62,874 nucleotides of DNA, filler included, from Gemmatimonadota bacterium (GCA_003697105.1; 4 parts of 4 records of this genome joined end to end with filler, not necessarily neighbours in it), one strand, 5' to 3'; shown: positions 10,754-21,429, numbered from the whole stretch's first letter. The notes: a model not told the origin generated them from the letters alone. A program made the numbers and translations.

Positions 10754-10790
10754 AAAAAACCTCGTTGATGCCAGATCAACGAGGTTTTTT
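10754..10790. terminator. Bidirectional rho-independent terminator
   Basis: AAAAAACCTCGTTGAT-loop-ATCAACGAGGTTTTTT between convergent genes. Confidence 0.85.
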
Positions 10791-10810
10791 AATGCACCGC
10801 GGGCTGATGG

Positions 10811-11176
10811 CTATTGTCGCCAAATCGTCCAGATGATCCAGAGCCAGCCGGCTAAAAAGCAGACCCCACCAATGGGGGTTATGGCGCCGAGCATCCGCAG
10901 ACCCGAAAGCGCCAACGCATACAAACTGCCGGAGAAAATCAAAATGCCGGCGGTGAATAGCCAACCCGCGATGTGTATCCCCCTAAACTGACCCGTGGAA
11001 ACGAGCCATGCCACAACAAACAATGCCAGCGCATGGTACATCTGGTAACGTACACCCACCTCGTAAGTGGCAAGCAACGATTCCGGCAGGCGTGCTTTTA
11101 AGGCATGTGCCCCAAATGCACCCAGCGTTACCGCTAAAAGCCCAAAAATGGCACCTAATAACATGAAATGTTTCAT
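10811..11176 (-). CDS. DUF423 (YgdD/TMEM256) membrane protein
   Basis: GAFGAH, YQMYHAL, FSGSLY, GAITPIGG. Confidence 0.92.
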   Translation of the reverse strand: MKHFMLLGAIFGLLAVTLGAFGAHALKARLPESLLATYEVGVRYQMYHALALFVVAWLVSTGQFRGIHIAGWLFTAGILIFSGSLYALALSGLRMLGAITPIGGVCFLAGWLWIIWTIWRQ

Positions 11177-12108
11177 TATTGATCCGCTCCCGATGGGTTG
11201 TCCAAAATCACTAAATCTACACGGCGATTTTTACGCCGTCCCTCTGCGGTACGATTATCCGCTACCGGACGGTGAAACGAGTAGCCTCGCGCGGATAATC
11301 GCTCGGCAGAAACACCATTCTCAATCAGATAATTCATTACATTTGCGGCACGCGCTTCAGAGAGTTTCTGGTTGTACGCATCCGTACCCGTATTATCCGT
11401 ATGACCCTCTATAAGCACTTTTGGCTCGCGATACACCATCAAAATTCCAGCAATCTTGGCTAAATTGATTTTCAGATCGGGCGTCAGGGTCACTTTATTG
11501 ACATCAAATAAGATGTCAGACATCGAGATGATCGTCCCCCGCGCATCTTGCCGGACACTGATCAGCTCACTTTCCAACTCCCGGAAACGCCGGTCGGCTT
11601 CTGCTTTGGTGCGGATTAACTCTTCCTGTGTTTGATCTAGGGCGTGTTGAGCATGATCCAATGCTTGTTGTGTTTTTTCCAACTCCTGTTTAACTCGGGC
11701 AGCATAGCTGCGTTCAAGTTGGTTGATCTGTTCGTGAACGGCGCTTAATTCCTTGAGGGCAAACAGAGTTTGTTCTTTTAGGGATGCCGTTATCACCCGG
11801 TTTTCAAGTACACGGAATTGGAGCAGTGCCATTTCGGTCACCAATCCGGCGGTTTCAAATGCGTCCTGTGCGACGGGACTACCGGCTTTTTTTTCGATCC
11901 ATGTTTTAGCTAAGGCAATTCGTGCCAATGCCAACGGGTATAGATCGACTTCGTGGGTAGCGCCGATTTTGGTCTGTTTTTGATATGCCGCATCGAGTTG
12001 TTCGCGATAGTTATCAAGTTGTTGGAGACGTTCAGAAGATACCGGTTCATCTGCCCAAGATACGCTTAGGAGGGTGATCACCATCAACGAGGTTCGTAAA
12101 AATTTCAT
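11176..12108 (-). CDS. OmpA-family protein with N-terminal coiled coil
   Basis: Signal peptide, helical N-terminus, and ILFD, IEGHTD..G...YNQKLSEARA, NRRVD peptidoglycan-binding motifs. Confidence 0.9.
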   Translation of the reverse strand: MKFLRTSLMVITLLSVSWADEPVSSERLQQLDNYREQLDAAYQKQTKIGATHEVDLYPLALARIALAKTWIEKKAGSPVAQDAFETAGLVTEMALLQFRVLENRVITASLKEQTLFALKELSAVHEQINQLERSYAARVKQELEKTQQALDHAQHALDQTQEELIRTKAEADRRFRELESELISVRQDARGTIISMSDILFDVNKVTLTPDLKINLAKIAGILMVYREPKVLIEGHTDNTGTDAYNQKLSEARAANVMNYLIENGVSAERLSARGYSFHRPVADNRTAEGRRKNRRVDLVILDNPSGADQ

Positions 12109-12497
12109 GGCGTTTTCTCCGCTTCCACCTGTTTGAGAATTTCTTTGTAGAGCGAAAGTTGTTCTTCTATTGTTTTCAGCGCGCGGCGCTGTTGGTCGAG
12201 ATCATATTCGCTTTCGTCAAAATCCCGTTTGAGGAGGGCGAGTCGATAGAGCAGGACGGCTCGATCTAAGAGTTTTCGTGTCTCTTGGTTTTTACCGGTT
12301 TGGATGAGCGCGTGTGCTTGAGCGAGCAAGGCGTCCGCCTCTGCTACATCAGACGTTATCACGCCTTGTTCGGCACAACTTTGCTGTAGTACCTCCGCTT
12401 GATGGCGGAGCGTCAGGTATAGTTGCTGTTCGGGCACATTTATCCCGCCACAACCGGAGAAACTGGTGCAGATCATCAACAAAAGAATATGACGCAT
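12105..12497 (-). CDS. Helical lipoprotein, coupled to the OmpA-family gene (DUF4398-like pairing)
   Basis: Lipobox FSGC; 4-bp overlap with the OmpA-family gene; coiled-coil tail. Confidence 0.7.
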   Translation of the reverse strand: MRHILLLMICTSFSGCGGINVPEQQLYLTLRHQAEVLQQSCAEQGVITSDVAEADALLAQAHALIQTGKNQETRKLLDRAVLLYRLALLKRDFDESEYDLDQQRRALKTIEEQLSLYKEILKQVEAEKTP

Positions 12498-12501
12498 TGG
12501 T

Positions 12502-13617
12502 TTAAACCGCCGTTATTGTATTGGTACGGAACTCATGGATCATTTGGTCGATCACATCATCAAATGAATTGTTTTTCTGGAAAGCATGGCGCTGGCGAAT
12601 GTACCCGGGTGCATAAGCGGTCATGAGTTGGTCGATCAACTCCAACTCGGCTTTACATCCCAATTTTTCGGCAAAGGGCAGACATTGCTCTAGGACTTTT
12701 TTCAGATTTTGTTGGACGGGTTGCTGGTCGCCGCGATCATTGATGATGATGTTGGCATCGCGTCCCCAGCGGCAGCCTCGCCATTTATTCTCCCGGATGA
12801 TCCATTGTTTGAGGAAAGGCATTTCTTCGCCTTCGGTGTACCGGCTACAGAGCATCGCCACTAGAGATTGTACCAATGCCGTGATGGCGAGGACTTCCTG
12901 TAACGTACCGACGCCATCACACATCCGTAATTCAATCGTTCCAAAACCGGGGTGGGGGCGGATATCCCACCAAATTTCCCGAACACTTTCGATGGTACCG
13001 GCGCCGATCAAGGTGCGCATGAACCGCAAAAACTCATTCCAATTATCCAGATGATAGGGCAGACCGGCGGTCGGCATACTTTCAAACACTTTTGTTCGTA
13101 CGGATGCCATCCCGGAATCTTCACCTTCCCAATACGGTGAACTGGCGGAAATCGCCAAAAAATGAGGGATATAGCACGCCAACGCATTATTGACCGCAAT
13201 CGCATGTTCGGCACTGGGTACGCCCACATGGACGTGCAAGCCAAAAATCAATAAGCGGCGCATGGGGAATTGAATCCGTTCCAACAGGGCGTGATAACGT
13301 TCTTGTGGGGAGAGTTTCTGGTCTTCCCAACAATCCGTGGGATGGGTCCCCCCACCCATGACTGCTAACCCCATTTGATCGGTGACCTTGAATAATTTAT
13401 CCAGTTGCCATTCCAAATCCCGTTGAACGGCTTCCACATCTTCACAGACATTTGTGATGACCTCGATGTTGGATTCTACCAGTTCATTTTTTGCTTTGAC
13501 CCCTTTGGGGATGTTGGCAATAATCTGTGATGCCGCTGGGGCTAAGTGCCGGGTTTGGGGGTCGATAATTTGCAGTTCTAACTCCACACCAACCGAGTGG
13601 GTGGGTGAGCTATTAAA
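12502..13617 (-). CDS. Glutamate--cysteine ligase family 2 (YbdK-like carboxylate-amine ligase), 5'-truncated at contig end
   Basis: SVGVELELQ, GGGTHP, FGLHVHVG, SASSPYW, WWDIRP, TIELRMCD. Confidence 0.9.
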   Translation of the reverse strand, partial: FNSSPTHSVGVELELQIIDPQTRHLAPAASQIIANIPKGVKAKNELVESNIEVITNVCEDVEAVQRDLEWQLDKLFKVTDQMGLAVMGGGTHPTDCWEDQKLSPQERYHALLERIQFPMRRLLIFGLHVHVGVPSAEHAIAVNNALACYIPHFLAISASSPYWEGEDSGMASVRTKVFESMPTAGLPYHLDNWNEFLRFMRTLIGAGTIESVREIWWDIRPHPGFGTIELRMCDGVGTLQEVLAITALVQSLVAMLCSRYTEGEEMPFLKQWIIRENKWRGCRWGRDANIIINDRGDQQPVQQNLKKVLEQCLPFAEKLGCKAELELIDQLMTAYAPGYIRQRHAFQKNNSFDDVIDQMIHEFRTNTITAV

Positions 13618-13717
13618 NNNNNNNNNNNNNNNNNNNNNNNNNNNNNNNNNNNNNNNNNNNNTTAATTAATTAANNNNNNNNNNNNNNNNNNNNNNNNNNN
13701 NNNNNNNNNNNNNNNNN
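13618..13717. other. Artificial contig linker
   Basis: 44 N + TTAATTAATTAA (stops in all six frames) + 44 N. Confidence 0.97.
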
Positions 13718-14240
13718 GATCACCAAGATTTTTTTTGATTCCTAAGGAACGTTGGTAATAAGTCAGAGCAAGATCATAGTCACCTTGTGCCCGATAAATT
13801 GCCCCCATATTATCGTAACAGCCTGAGATGCGATTATAGTCACCCAAATGCTCAAAGTAGGAAAGGGAACGTTTATAGCATTCCAACGCTTGATCATATT
13901 CACTTTGATAGTGGTAAAAGGTACCCATTCGTAAAATGGCATTCGCTAAACCGCGGGTATCTTTTAATTGTTCATAGAGGTTTAGTGCCTGATTACACGC
14001 CTGAATTGCATCGGCATACTCACCTTTAACTCCCTTTAGCAAGCCTACCATATTGTATGCATCTGCAACGCCCTTGGTGTAATCAAGTGAACTTGCTAAA
14101 CTTAGCGCTTGGTGGCCATAGTCTTCTGCCTGTGATGGATCGGAACGAAAAAGTGCATAACTTAGTTGGTTTAAGACATCGACTCGTTCTTCTTTAGTGG
14201 CAGTCTGGAGTTTGGCTTCCAACTCTTGGATTTGGCTCAT
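13718..14240 (-). CDS. TPR-repeat protein, 3'-truncated at contig end
   Basis: Tandem TPR-like repeats (A..Y..+G......G.Y..A+..Y..+L); GGAGGTG RBS; paralogous to the N-terminus of the upstream kinase. Confidence 0.85.
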
Positions 14241-14250
14241 CTCACCTCCA

Positions 14251-16227
14251 TCAGGTGGTAAAAAGTGGAATGGATTGATCCCCCTGGGGGAACCACACCG
14301 TCACGGTAGTTCCATGACCGGGTTGGCTTTCGACCGTAATAGTTCCTTGATACGCCATAACGATCCGCTGAATCGTATATAATCCTAATCCCGAGCCGGT
14401 TTCGGTTTTGGTGGTGAAAAAAGGTTCAAACAGATGCGCTTTTACGGAGTCTGGCATCCCGCACCCATTATCCACAACTTGGATTTCAACCCCATCATTC
14501 AGCGGCCGCATAAACACGTCTATGGTTGGCTCAGAACAGTTTTGAACCGCATCTACCGCATTCATCAATAAGCCGATAAAAATTTGCCCAACTTCTCCAC
14601 GTTTTGCCGTCACTTCAAGGGTGTCGGTGTCAAAATGTTCAACAATGTGAGCATGATCCAGTTCATCCTGATGAATTCGGTAGACCTCCCGAAACACCTC
14701 TACGAGATTCAATCGACCCAATTTACCACTCTGCTCACCGACCAAACCTTGCAAATCGTGGACAAGTAATTTTGCCCGGGTAGCGGCTTCTTGCACAATT
14801 TCTGCCGCGCGCCGCTGTAAATTATATTCAGCGCGGTAATGCTTGAGATATGCGTCCAGATAATGCCCCTCATCGTCGGATTCCCACGCTTCCCAGATCA
14901 AAGCCTCATTCAGCGGTTCAAACCTCATAATATGTTCGATGGGTGCCGTCAATCCGCTGAGAATATTGTTCAGTTTGTGCGAAATCATAGCGGAGAGTTT
15001 GCCTAATGTGGCTAATTTTTCTTTTTCGATCCGGTCTGCCTGTGCCTGAATGAGTTGGGTCTGAGCTTCGACCAATTTCACATTTTGATCCTCTAGTTCC
15101 CGGTTCAGTTCCTCCAATTCCGCATTTTTCACGCGCAGCAATTCCGCTTCTTTACGGGACTGCTCAACCTGATAGACCACTTGCAAATTTTGGAATTTCC
15201 GTTCAGAATTATCGTTAACGACTTCGCGATCCAATTCATAAAACCGTTTATAATGTTCCAAGGCGTGACCCAGATCGCCCATAGCCTCGTAAACTTCAGA
15301 TAGCGCCCGGTGGGCGGTTGCCCAGCGCGGTTTCTCGGCGGTCTCCTCATAAATCTGGAGTGCCTGTTGCAAATAAGTCAGGGCGTCCTCGTAGCGCTCT
15401 TGCTGGTTATACAGAGCGCCGATATTTTCCAAAACATGGGCTTCTCCGGAACGATCACCCAATTTTCGTACGGCTTTTAAGCACCGCTGATAATGTTCTA
15501 CGGATCGCTCATAGTTGCCCAAATTACCAAACGCGACACCTAAGTTGAGCTGAACATCGTTCCGTGCCCGCAGATTACCCACTTCAATAAAGATGCGATC
15601 ACTGGCTTCGTAATATTCAATGGATTTTTCGTACTCGCCTAAGCCATCACAATACAACACCCCCATATTCATCAGGGCGATCCCCTCGGTCTCTTTGAGC
15701 TGGTACTTCTGGCTTAAATCGATCACGTCTTGATAATATTTCCGGGCATTTTCCTGATCGCCCAAATGCCAATTCATCACGCCGATTCCGTTTAAGGCGC
15801 GGATTTCACCTTGCACATTTCCAGCACGTTGGTAAATGTGAAGGCAGGTCATCAGGTGTTCCAATGCACCCGCATAATCTCCGAGTGCCCGACATACCCA
15901 AGCGATGTTCATCAAGAGTTGCCCGTGTCCTTCGGCATCATCCAATGTCTCGAACAATTGCAAGGCTTGGTCTCCCAATGCTAATGCTTTTTCATATTGG
16001 GCAAGCCGTCCATACGCTCCGGTCAGATGCGCCAAACTTCGGGCATATCCCACTGGATACGCAATAGATTTCGCCAAATGCAACGCTGTCTCAGCCGTCG
16101 CCAGCGCTTGGTTGGGATCAACCCGGTTGAATTTCAACGCCAGCTCATTCAACAGGTCCACCTTTTGCCGGTCATCATTGGCATATTCTACCGCAAGTTG
16201 TAATTTTTTAATATCACCGTCAACCAT
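14251..16227 (-). CDS. Cytoplasmic TPR-repeat sensor histidine kinase
   Basis: TPR array, coiled coil, H-box SHKLNN, NAVDA, DNGCGM, LFEPFFTTK, GSGLGL. Confidence 0.9.
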   Translation of the reverse strand: MVDGDIKKLQLAVEYANDDRQKVDLLNELALKFNRVDPNQALATAETALHLAKSIAYPVGYARSLAHLTGAYGRLAQYEKALALGDQALQLFETLDDAEGHGQLLMNIAWVCRALGDYAGALEHLMTCLHIYQRAGNVQGEIRALNGIGVMNWHLGDQENARKYYQDVIDLSQKYQLKETEGIALMNMGVLYCDGLGEYEKSIEYYEASDRIFIEVGNLRARNDVQLNLGVAFGNLGNYERSVEHYQRCLKAVRKLGDRSGEAHVLENIGALYNQQERYEDALTYLQQALQIYEETAEKPRWATAHRALSEVYEAMGDLGHALEHYKRFYELDREVVNDNSERKFQNLQVVYQVEQSRKEAELLRVKNAELEELNRELEDQNVKLVEAQTQLIQAQADRIEKEKLATLGKLSAMISHKLNNILSGLTAPIEHIMRFEPLNEALIWEAWESDDEGHYLDAYLKHYRAEYNLQRRAAEIVQEAATRAKLLVHDLQGLVGEQSGKLGRLNLVEVFREVYRIHQDELDHAHIVEHFDTDTLEVTAKRGEVGQIFIGLLMNAVDAVQNCSEPTIDVFMRPLNDGVEIQVVDNGCGMPDSVKAHLFEPFFTTKTETGSGLGLYTIQRIVMAYQGTITVESQPGHGTTVTVWFPQGDQSIPLFTT

Positions 16228-16268
16228 AATAAATATCCCTCATAATATCTCGCCAGTCTGGATTCATA

Positions 16269-17072
16269 CTATACGGTATCTTTCAGTGCTAAAATTGACT
16301 GTAACCCTTTCTGCAAAGAGGCATACGTTTTTACGTTACTCAAATCCACCCCAATTTGGACAAGGGTCTGCGCCACCACCGGCGATAATCCCACCAACAT
16401 ACAATCTGTACCGAGCAGACGTGTGGCTTCTACCGTTTTGATCAAATAATTTGCCACTTCGGTATCAACGACCACAACTCCGGTAATATCGATAATCAGA
16501 TGTTCACTAGCGGTTTCTACGATTTTTGTAAGAACATTTTCCATGATTTGAGCGGCACGCCGGCTGTCAATCGTACCAACAACAGGCAGCACCAACACAC
16601 CATCCCAAATTTGGATAACCGGTGTCGAGAGTTCCATCAGCGCCGACTGCTGCCGCTGGATAACGTTCATGTTTTCTCGCAATTCAGCTTCATATCGTTT
16701 TTGCGCAGAAATATCGACGACCGTGCCAATCGTCGCTGGGATGCCGTCGAGTTCGATCAACTCTGCCCGTAGATAAACAGGGATGCTTCGCCCATCTTGA
16801 TGCAGCATCTCAATCTCATATTCATCGGGAACATCTTCACCGGCGAGGCGGCGCCGATTCCGTTCGAGAATCAGGTCAATATATGCAGGAGCAATGGAAT
16901 CCGTCATACCACGCCCAATGTAATCTTCGGGAGAACCTCCCAAAAGTGTTGCAAAAGAAGGATTGACATAAATAACCCGCCCCTCTTGCACGACAAACAC
17001 ACCTTCATGGATAGTGTTAATTAGCCGTTCATAGAATTGTGGTGAACCGTGAACTACTGCTGTGGAACTCAC
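16269..17072 (-). CDS. PAS-STAS RsbR-like (stressosome co-antagonist) protein (ORF open to 17108)
   Basis: PAS/PAC plus ELSTPVIQIWDGVLVLPVVGTIDSRRA and IIDITGV..VDT; GTG start with AAGGAG RBS. Confidence 0.88.
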   Translation of the reverse strand: MSSTAVVHGSPQFYERLINTIHEGVFVVQEGRVIYVNPSFATLLGGSPEDYIGRGMTDSIAPAYIDLILERNRRRLAGEDVPDEYEIEMLHQDGRSIPVYLRAELIELDGIPATIGTVVDISAQKRYEAELRENMNVIQRQQSALMELSTPVIQIWDGVLVLPVVGTIDSRRAAQIMENVLTKIVETASEHLIIDITGVVVVDTEVANYLIKTVEATRLLGTDCMLVGLSPVVAQTLVQIGVDLSNVKTYASLQKGLQSILALKDTV

Positions 17073-17293
17073 CTTGAACTCCTTTCCGCTATCCCACCGG
17101 AATACCATTGATCGGTTTCAAATCAGGGAAAATAGCCGACGTGCCGTAAATGTCCAAAAAATAAAGAAGAATAATTTACTCAAAAATTATACCATAAAAC
17201 CGCAAAAACCCTTCTGTTCCATTTCGGAAAAAAGAGGGGTTTAGAGTACAAAAAAAAAGCCTCGCACCTTGCATGAAATTCGTCACTGAAAAA

Positions 17294-17884
17294 TTATTGA
17301 GCAGGGTTTTGAATTTGATTCACCAGATCATCATACCATGCTTGCCCATACTGCCGGATTAAAGCCGGTTTAACAAATTCATATAGCGGCTTACCTAAAA
17401 TCTTACCAAAAGTACAGCCTGAGGCACAAATATACCAGCGATGATAATGCAACGTCTCATACGAGTCGAACCGGTGAATTTGTAACGGGTAGAGATGGCA
17501 ATAGATAGGCTTTTGAAAGCGGGTCTTTCCTGCAATAAACGCAAGTTCAAAGGCACATTGCAAAACTCCAGTGTCATCTCGAACCGCATAGGCACACTCT
17601 TTTTGATTCACCGTTGGGAGGACCCATTGTCCGGTGTTATCCTGAAGAACCAACCCTTCACGTTCGATTTGTTGGTATCCGGTCTTGGTTAGATAGGGTT
17701 TTACCGACTCAAAGGCGTGTTCAATCTGCTCAACCTCGCCCATCTCAAGGGGTGTTCCGCTATCTCCAGAGGCACAGCAAGCGCCTTTACACCGCGCCAG
17801 ATCGCACGTGAACAACACCGTCGTAATTTCATTGCCAACCAACACGTTATCAACCACATACACTGGAAGACACAACCTCCCCAA
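17294..17884 (-). CDS. DUF3109 family Cys-rich (Fe-S/Zn) protein
   Basis: FTCDLARCKGACC..GDSG.PL and KPI.CHLYP; start uncertain. Confidence 0.82.
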   Translation of the reverse strand: MGRLCLPVYVVDNVLVGNEITTVLFTCDLARCKGACCASGDSGTPLEMGEVEQIEHAFESVKPYLTKTGYQQIEREGLVLQDNTGQWVLPTVNQKECAYAVRDDTGVLQCAFELAFIAGKTRFQKPIYCHLYPLQIHRFDSYETLHYHRWYICASGCTFGKILGKPLYEFVKPALIRQYGQAWYDDLVNQIQNPAQ

Positions 17885-18038
17885 AGTTCGTTATGTCATT
17901 CACCGCCCCAAATCTCCAACACATTGCCTGCGGGATCACAAAACCGAAACCAGAAGTCTCCCCACCCCTGGTTTAAGGCACACCCGGCACTAATTTTACT
18001 CCGCTAGAGTGCATTTGTTCCGCCATGAACCCTTCTAA

Positions 18039-18108
18039 AAACCCCTCTTCGTGCGGAAGTGATACACCCGCTTTTCCCCGATACGGAGAAGGCCCCGAAG
18101 AGGGGTTT
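18039..18108 (-). terminator. Branched stem-loop downstream of purL, terminator-like
   Basis: 13-bp outer stem AAACCCCTCTTCG/CGAAGAGGGGTTT enclosing two hairpins; T tract on the minus strand. Confidence 0.5.
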
Positions 18109-18124
18109 AACGCCCGATACGTCA

Positions 18125-20314
18125 TTAAAAGAAATCGCCTAAGCTGTGACGATACGTTTCGATAAGCCCTTCCACAAACAGATGGATCCGGGTTTCCTCA
18201 TTCAGACGAATCACCAGGGAATCACCCCCCACAACCCCAATCTCCTGCAATGGTACCCCATACTGACCGGCTAGATCACGAACGTTTGGCTGATTCGCGG
18301 CGGTGCAAGTCACGAGAAATCGGGATTGGCTTTCACCAAACAACATCGCATCCACGCGAATACCGGTAGCGAACTGGATGTCTGCACCCACGCCACCGTG
18401 AATCGCACACTCGGCGAGCGCCACGGCGAAGCCACCATCCCCCACATCATGCACCGATTGAACCCAACCGGAACGAATCATTGCCAACACCGCTTGTTGG
18501 GTACGTTGCTCCAGAGCCAAATCCAGTTGGGGAACATCACCGCGAACCATGCCGTGAATCTGCTCTAAATATTCCGAGGCACCCAGTTCTGCTTTTGTTT
18601 CCCCCACCAACAGAATCCGGTCTCCCTGATTTTTGAAGGCGGGCGTCATGACATGCGTCAAATCTGGGATCAAACCGACCATGCCAATCATCGGTGTGGG
18701 GTAGATAGCGCCATGCGGAGTTTCGTTATACAAACTGGCATTACCGCTAATGATCGGAGTATTCAGGGCACGGCAAGCATTCGCCATCCCCTGCAAGGCG
18801 TGTTGCAATTGATAGTAAATATCCGGTTTTTCAGGGTTGCCAAAATTAAGCCCATCGGTGACGGCAATCGGTTCCGCACCACAGGCGACCAGATTTCGGG
18901 CGGCTTCAGCGACCACAATTTCCGTTCCGCGTTCTGGATTCAGATAGACATACCGCCCATTGCTATCCAAGGTGATAGCTATCGCCTTATTTTTACCCTT
19001 AAGGCGGACAACAGCGGCATCCGCACCCGGTTTGACTACCGTGTTCGTCTGCACCATGTGGTCATATTGCCGGTAAACCCACTCTTTGGAGCAAATATTG
19101 GGGGACGCCAAGAGTTGTAACAACACGGCATCCAAATCATCGGGAATACCAACATCTTCCATCTTAAAAGATCGGGTTTCGCGCAAATATGCCGGTTCGA
19201 TACTTTGACGGGTGTAAGTTGGGGCTTCCGAAAGAGACTTCGCCGGGACTTCTCCGACAACCTCCCCGCCGGAAATAACTCGAATCATCCCGTCACCGGT
19301 CACGCGCCCAAAGGTGACGGCGTGTAAATCCCATTTGTGGAAAATCTCATTTACCTGATCTTCTTTGCCTTTCTCCACAATCAAGAGCATCCGTTCTTGT
19401 GATTCTGAGATCATCACTTCTGCCGGCGTCATACCAGATTCCCGCTGGGGCACTTTATCAATATCGATTTCAATCCCGGTACCCGCTTTTGCCGCCGTTT
19501 CGGACGTGGAGGAAATAATACCGGCCGCGCCCATATCCTGTACCCCAATGACAAAATCCTGTTGAAACGCTTCCAGACAGGCATCAATCAGCAATTTTTC
19601 CATGAAGGGGTCACCCACTTGAATCGCCCCGCGTTCATCGTCTTCTGTATCCAATTCCTTGGAGGCGAAACTTGCCCCGCCGACACCATCTCGTCCGGTC
19701 CAATTCCCGACAATCATCACGGAATTGCCGACACCCGCCGCGGTGGCACTTTTAATCTCACTCTTTTTCATCAACCCCACACACATGGCATTGACCAGCG
19801 GATTCCCCGCATAGGCTTCCGAAAAATGCACCTCTCCACCAACCGTGGGGATGCCCACACAATTCCCGTAATCACCAATCCCCCGCACCACTTCTGCCAT
19901 GAGGTAGCGGGTGTGAGCGCTCTCTTCCAATCGACCAAAGCAGAGCGAATTCAGGCAAGCTATTGGAAATGCCCCCATCGCCAGAATATCGCGAATGATG
20001 CCCCCCACACCCGTTGCCGCCCCCTGATACGGTGCAACTGCAGAAGGGTGATTGTGGCTCTCCACTTTGAAAGTGATAACCTCATCATCCCCAATATCGA
20101 CAATCCCAGCGTTCTCACCCGGACCTTGTAAAACCCGCGTACCGGTGGTTGGTAGTATCTTAAACAACGGACGCGTATTTTTATAACCGCAATGTTCCGA
20201 CCACATCACCCCGTAAAGTGCCAGTTCCACGTCATTGGGTTCTCGCCCCATATCCGCAATAATGTGTTGATATTCGTCGTCACTCAACCCAACCTGATGC
20301 CAACGTTTTTCCAT
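18125..20314 (-). CDS. purL: Phosphoribosylformylglycinamidine synthase subunit PurL
   Basis: MWSEHCGYK, GPGENAG, KVESHNHPS, QDMGAAG, SESQERM, NFGNPE, SGNASLYNE. Confidence 0.97.
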   Translation of the reverse strand: MEKRWHQVGLSDDEYQHIIADMGREPNDVELALYGVMWSEHCGYKNTRPLFKILPTTGTRVLQGPGENAGIVDIGDDEVITFKVESHNHPSAVAPYQGAATGVGGIIRDILAMGAFPIACLNSLCFGRLEESAHTRYLMAEVVRGIGDYGNCVGIPTVGGEVHFSEAYAGNPLVNAMCVGLMKKSEIKSATAAGVGNSVMIVGNWTGRDGVGGASFASKELDTEDDERGAIQVGDPFMEKLLIDACLEAFQQDFVIGVQDMGAAGIISSTSETAAKAGTGIEIDIDKVPQRESGMTPAEVMISESQERMLLIVEKGKEDQVNEIFHKWDLHAVTFGRVTGDGMIRVISGGEVVGEVPAKSLSEAPTYTRQSIEPAYLRETRSFKMEDVGIPDDLDAVLLQLLASPNICSKEWVYRQYDHMVQTNTVVKPGADAAVVRLKGKNKAIAITLDSNGRYVYLNPERGTEIVVAEAARNLVACGAEPIAVTDGLNFGNPEKPDIYYQLQHALQGMANACRALNTPIISGNASLYNETPHGAIYPTPMIGMVGLIPDLTHVMTPAFKNQGDRILLVGETKAELGASEYLEQIHGMVRGDVPQLDLALEQRTQQAVLAMIRSGWVQSVHDVGDGGFAVALAECAIHGGVGADIQFATGIRVDAMLFGESQSRFLVTCTAANQPNVRDLAGQYGVPLQEIGVVGGDSLVIRLNEETRIHLFVEGLIETYRHSLGDFF

Positions 20315-20514
20315 TGTATGAATCCTATTACATTTGAGTACATAAAAGAGCATTTTGCTCGCTAAAACTAGCATAGTCACCGCAAAACGTCAACGTAAAA
20401 ATCGGTAACGTCCGGTCTATTATTGTCGATTTCTCTTGACGAATGGTACGGAATTACCCATTTTTGCCCCCAATTCATTTTGAAAACCATATCACTCCAG
20501 TTCAGGACAAATTC

Positions 20515-21390
20515 ATGCGTAGTGTGGGTGAGTTCGCCGAAAAAGAAAAAGCACTCCAGTTTGGAACATATCTCGCCACACAAGGTATCGAGAACGAAAT
20601 CCGCAAAGATGGAGCGGATTTGTGGGGAGTTTGGGTTTACCAAGAAGCACATGTCGAAACCGCCCGAACCGATTTTAATCTCTACCGGGAAAATCCGCAG
20701 CATCCCAAGTTCAAAATCGCGCTAAAACACGATACCTTACTCGGCAAAATTCCGGCTAAAAAAGAAAACACATCACCGCCAGCAAACGATAATGTAATCG
20801 ATATGCGCGAACGATGGGCTTCTGGGCGTATCGGCGGCGATACATACTTGACCAAAATGGTGATCATAGCTTGTGTCGTGACGTTTATCTATACCGAGTA
20901 TATCGACCAACATAATGCGGTTTTTAATCTGTTGCGCACCAGTTACCGCATGATTAGTGCGGGTGAAATCTGGCGTTTTGTCACCCCCATTTTTTGGCAC
21001 GGTGATGTCTTCCACATTCTGTTCAATATGTACTGGTTACATCACTTTGGCGGGATGATTGAGGTCCTTAAAGGAAAGCGTTTTTATCTCATGCTGATGT
21101 TAAGTGCCGCTATCATTTCCAATTTCGGGCAATATTTCTTGGTTGGACCGTATTTTGGGGGGATGTCCGGGGTTGTTTACGGTCTATTTGGCTTTATCTG
21201 GATGAAATCCCGCTTTGAACCTTTCAGCGGGTTCTTCATTGATAAGGTACTGGTCATCTTGATGATGGGCTGGTTTGTCGCGTGTTTTGTGGGGATTATC
21301 CCCAATGTAGCAAACTGGGCGCACGGCTTTGGCTTGCTGGTGGGTGTGGTGTTCGGATATGCCCCGACAGCATGGCGAAAGCGGAAATAA
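20515..21390 (+). CDS. glpG: Rhomboid intramembrane serine protease (GlpG-like, with N-terminal soluble domain)
   Basis: WRFVTP..WH...HILFN, catalytic GMSG, ANWAHGFG. Confidence 0.88.
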   Translation: MRSVGEFAEKEKALQFGTYLATQGIENEIRKDGADLWGVWVYQEAHVETARTDFNLYRENPQHPKFKIALKHDTLLGKIPAKKENTSPPANDNVIDMRERWASGRIGGDTYLTKMVIIACVVTFIYTEYIDQHNAVFNLLRTSYRMISAGEIWRFVTPIFWHGDVFHILFNMYWLHHFGGMIEVLKGKRFYLMLMLSAAIISNFGQYFLVGPYFGGMSGVVYGLFGFIWMKSRFEPFSGFFIDKVLVILMMGWFVACFVGIIPNVANWAHGFGLLVGVVFGYAPTAWRKRK

Positions 21391-21429
21391 ATCGTCCCCC
21401 CCCCTACCCCCAACCGTATTTTGGACATC

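Noticed and set aside
13618-13717. TTAATTAATTAA palindrome flanked by Ns, three times in the window
   Set aside because: Identical 100-bp artificial contig linkers; ORFs ending or starting in them are artefacts.
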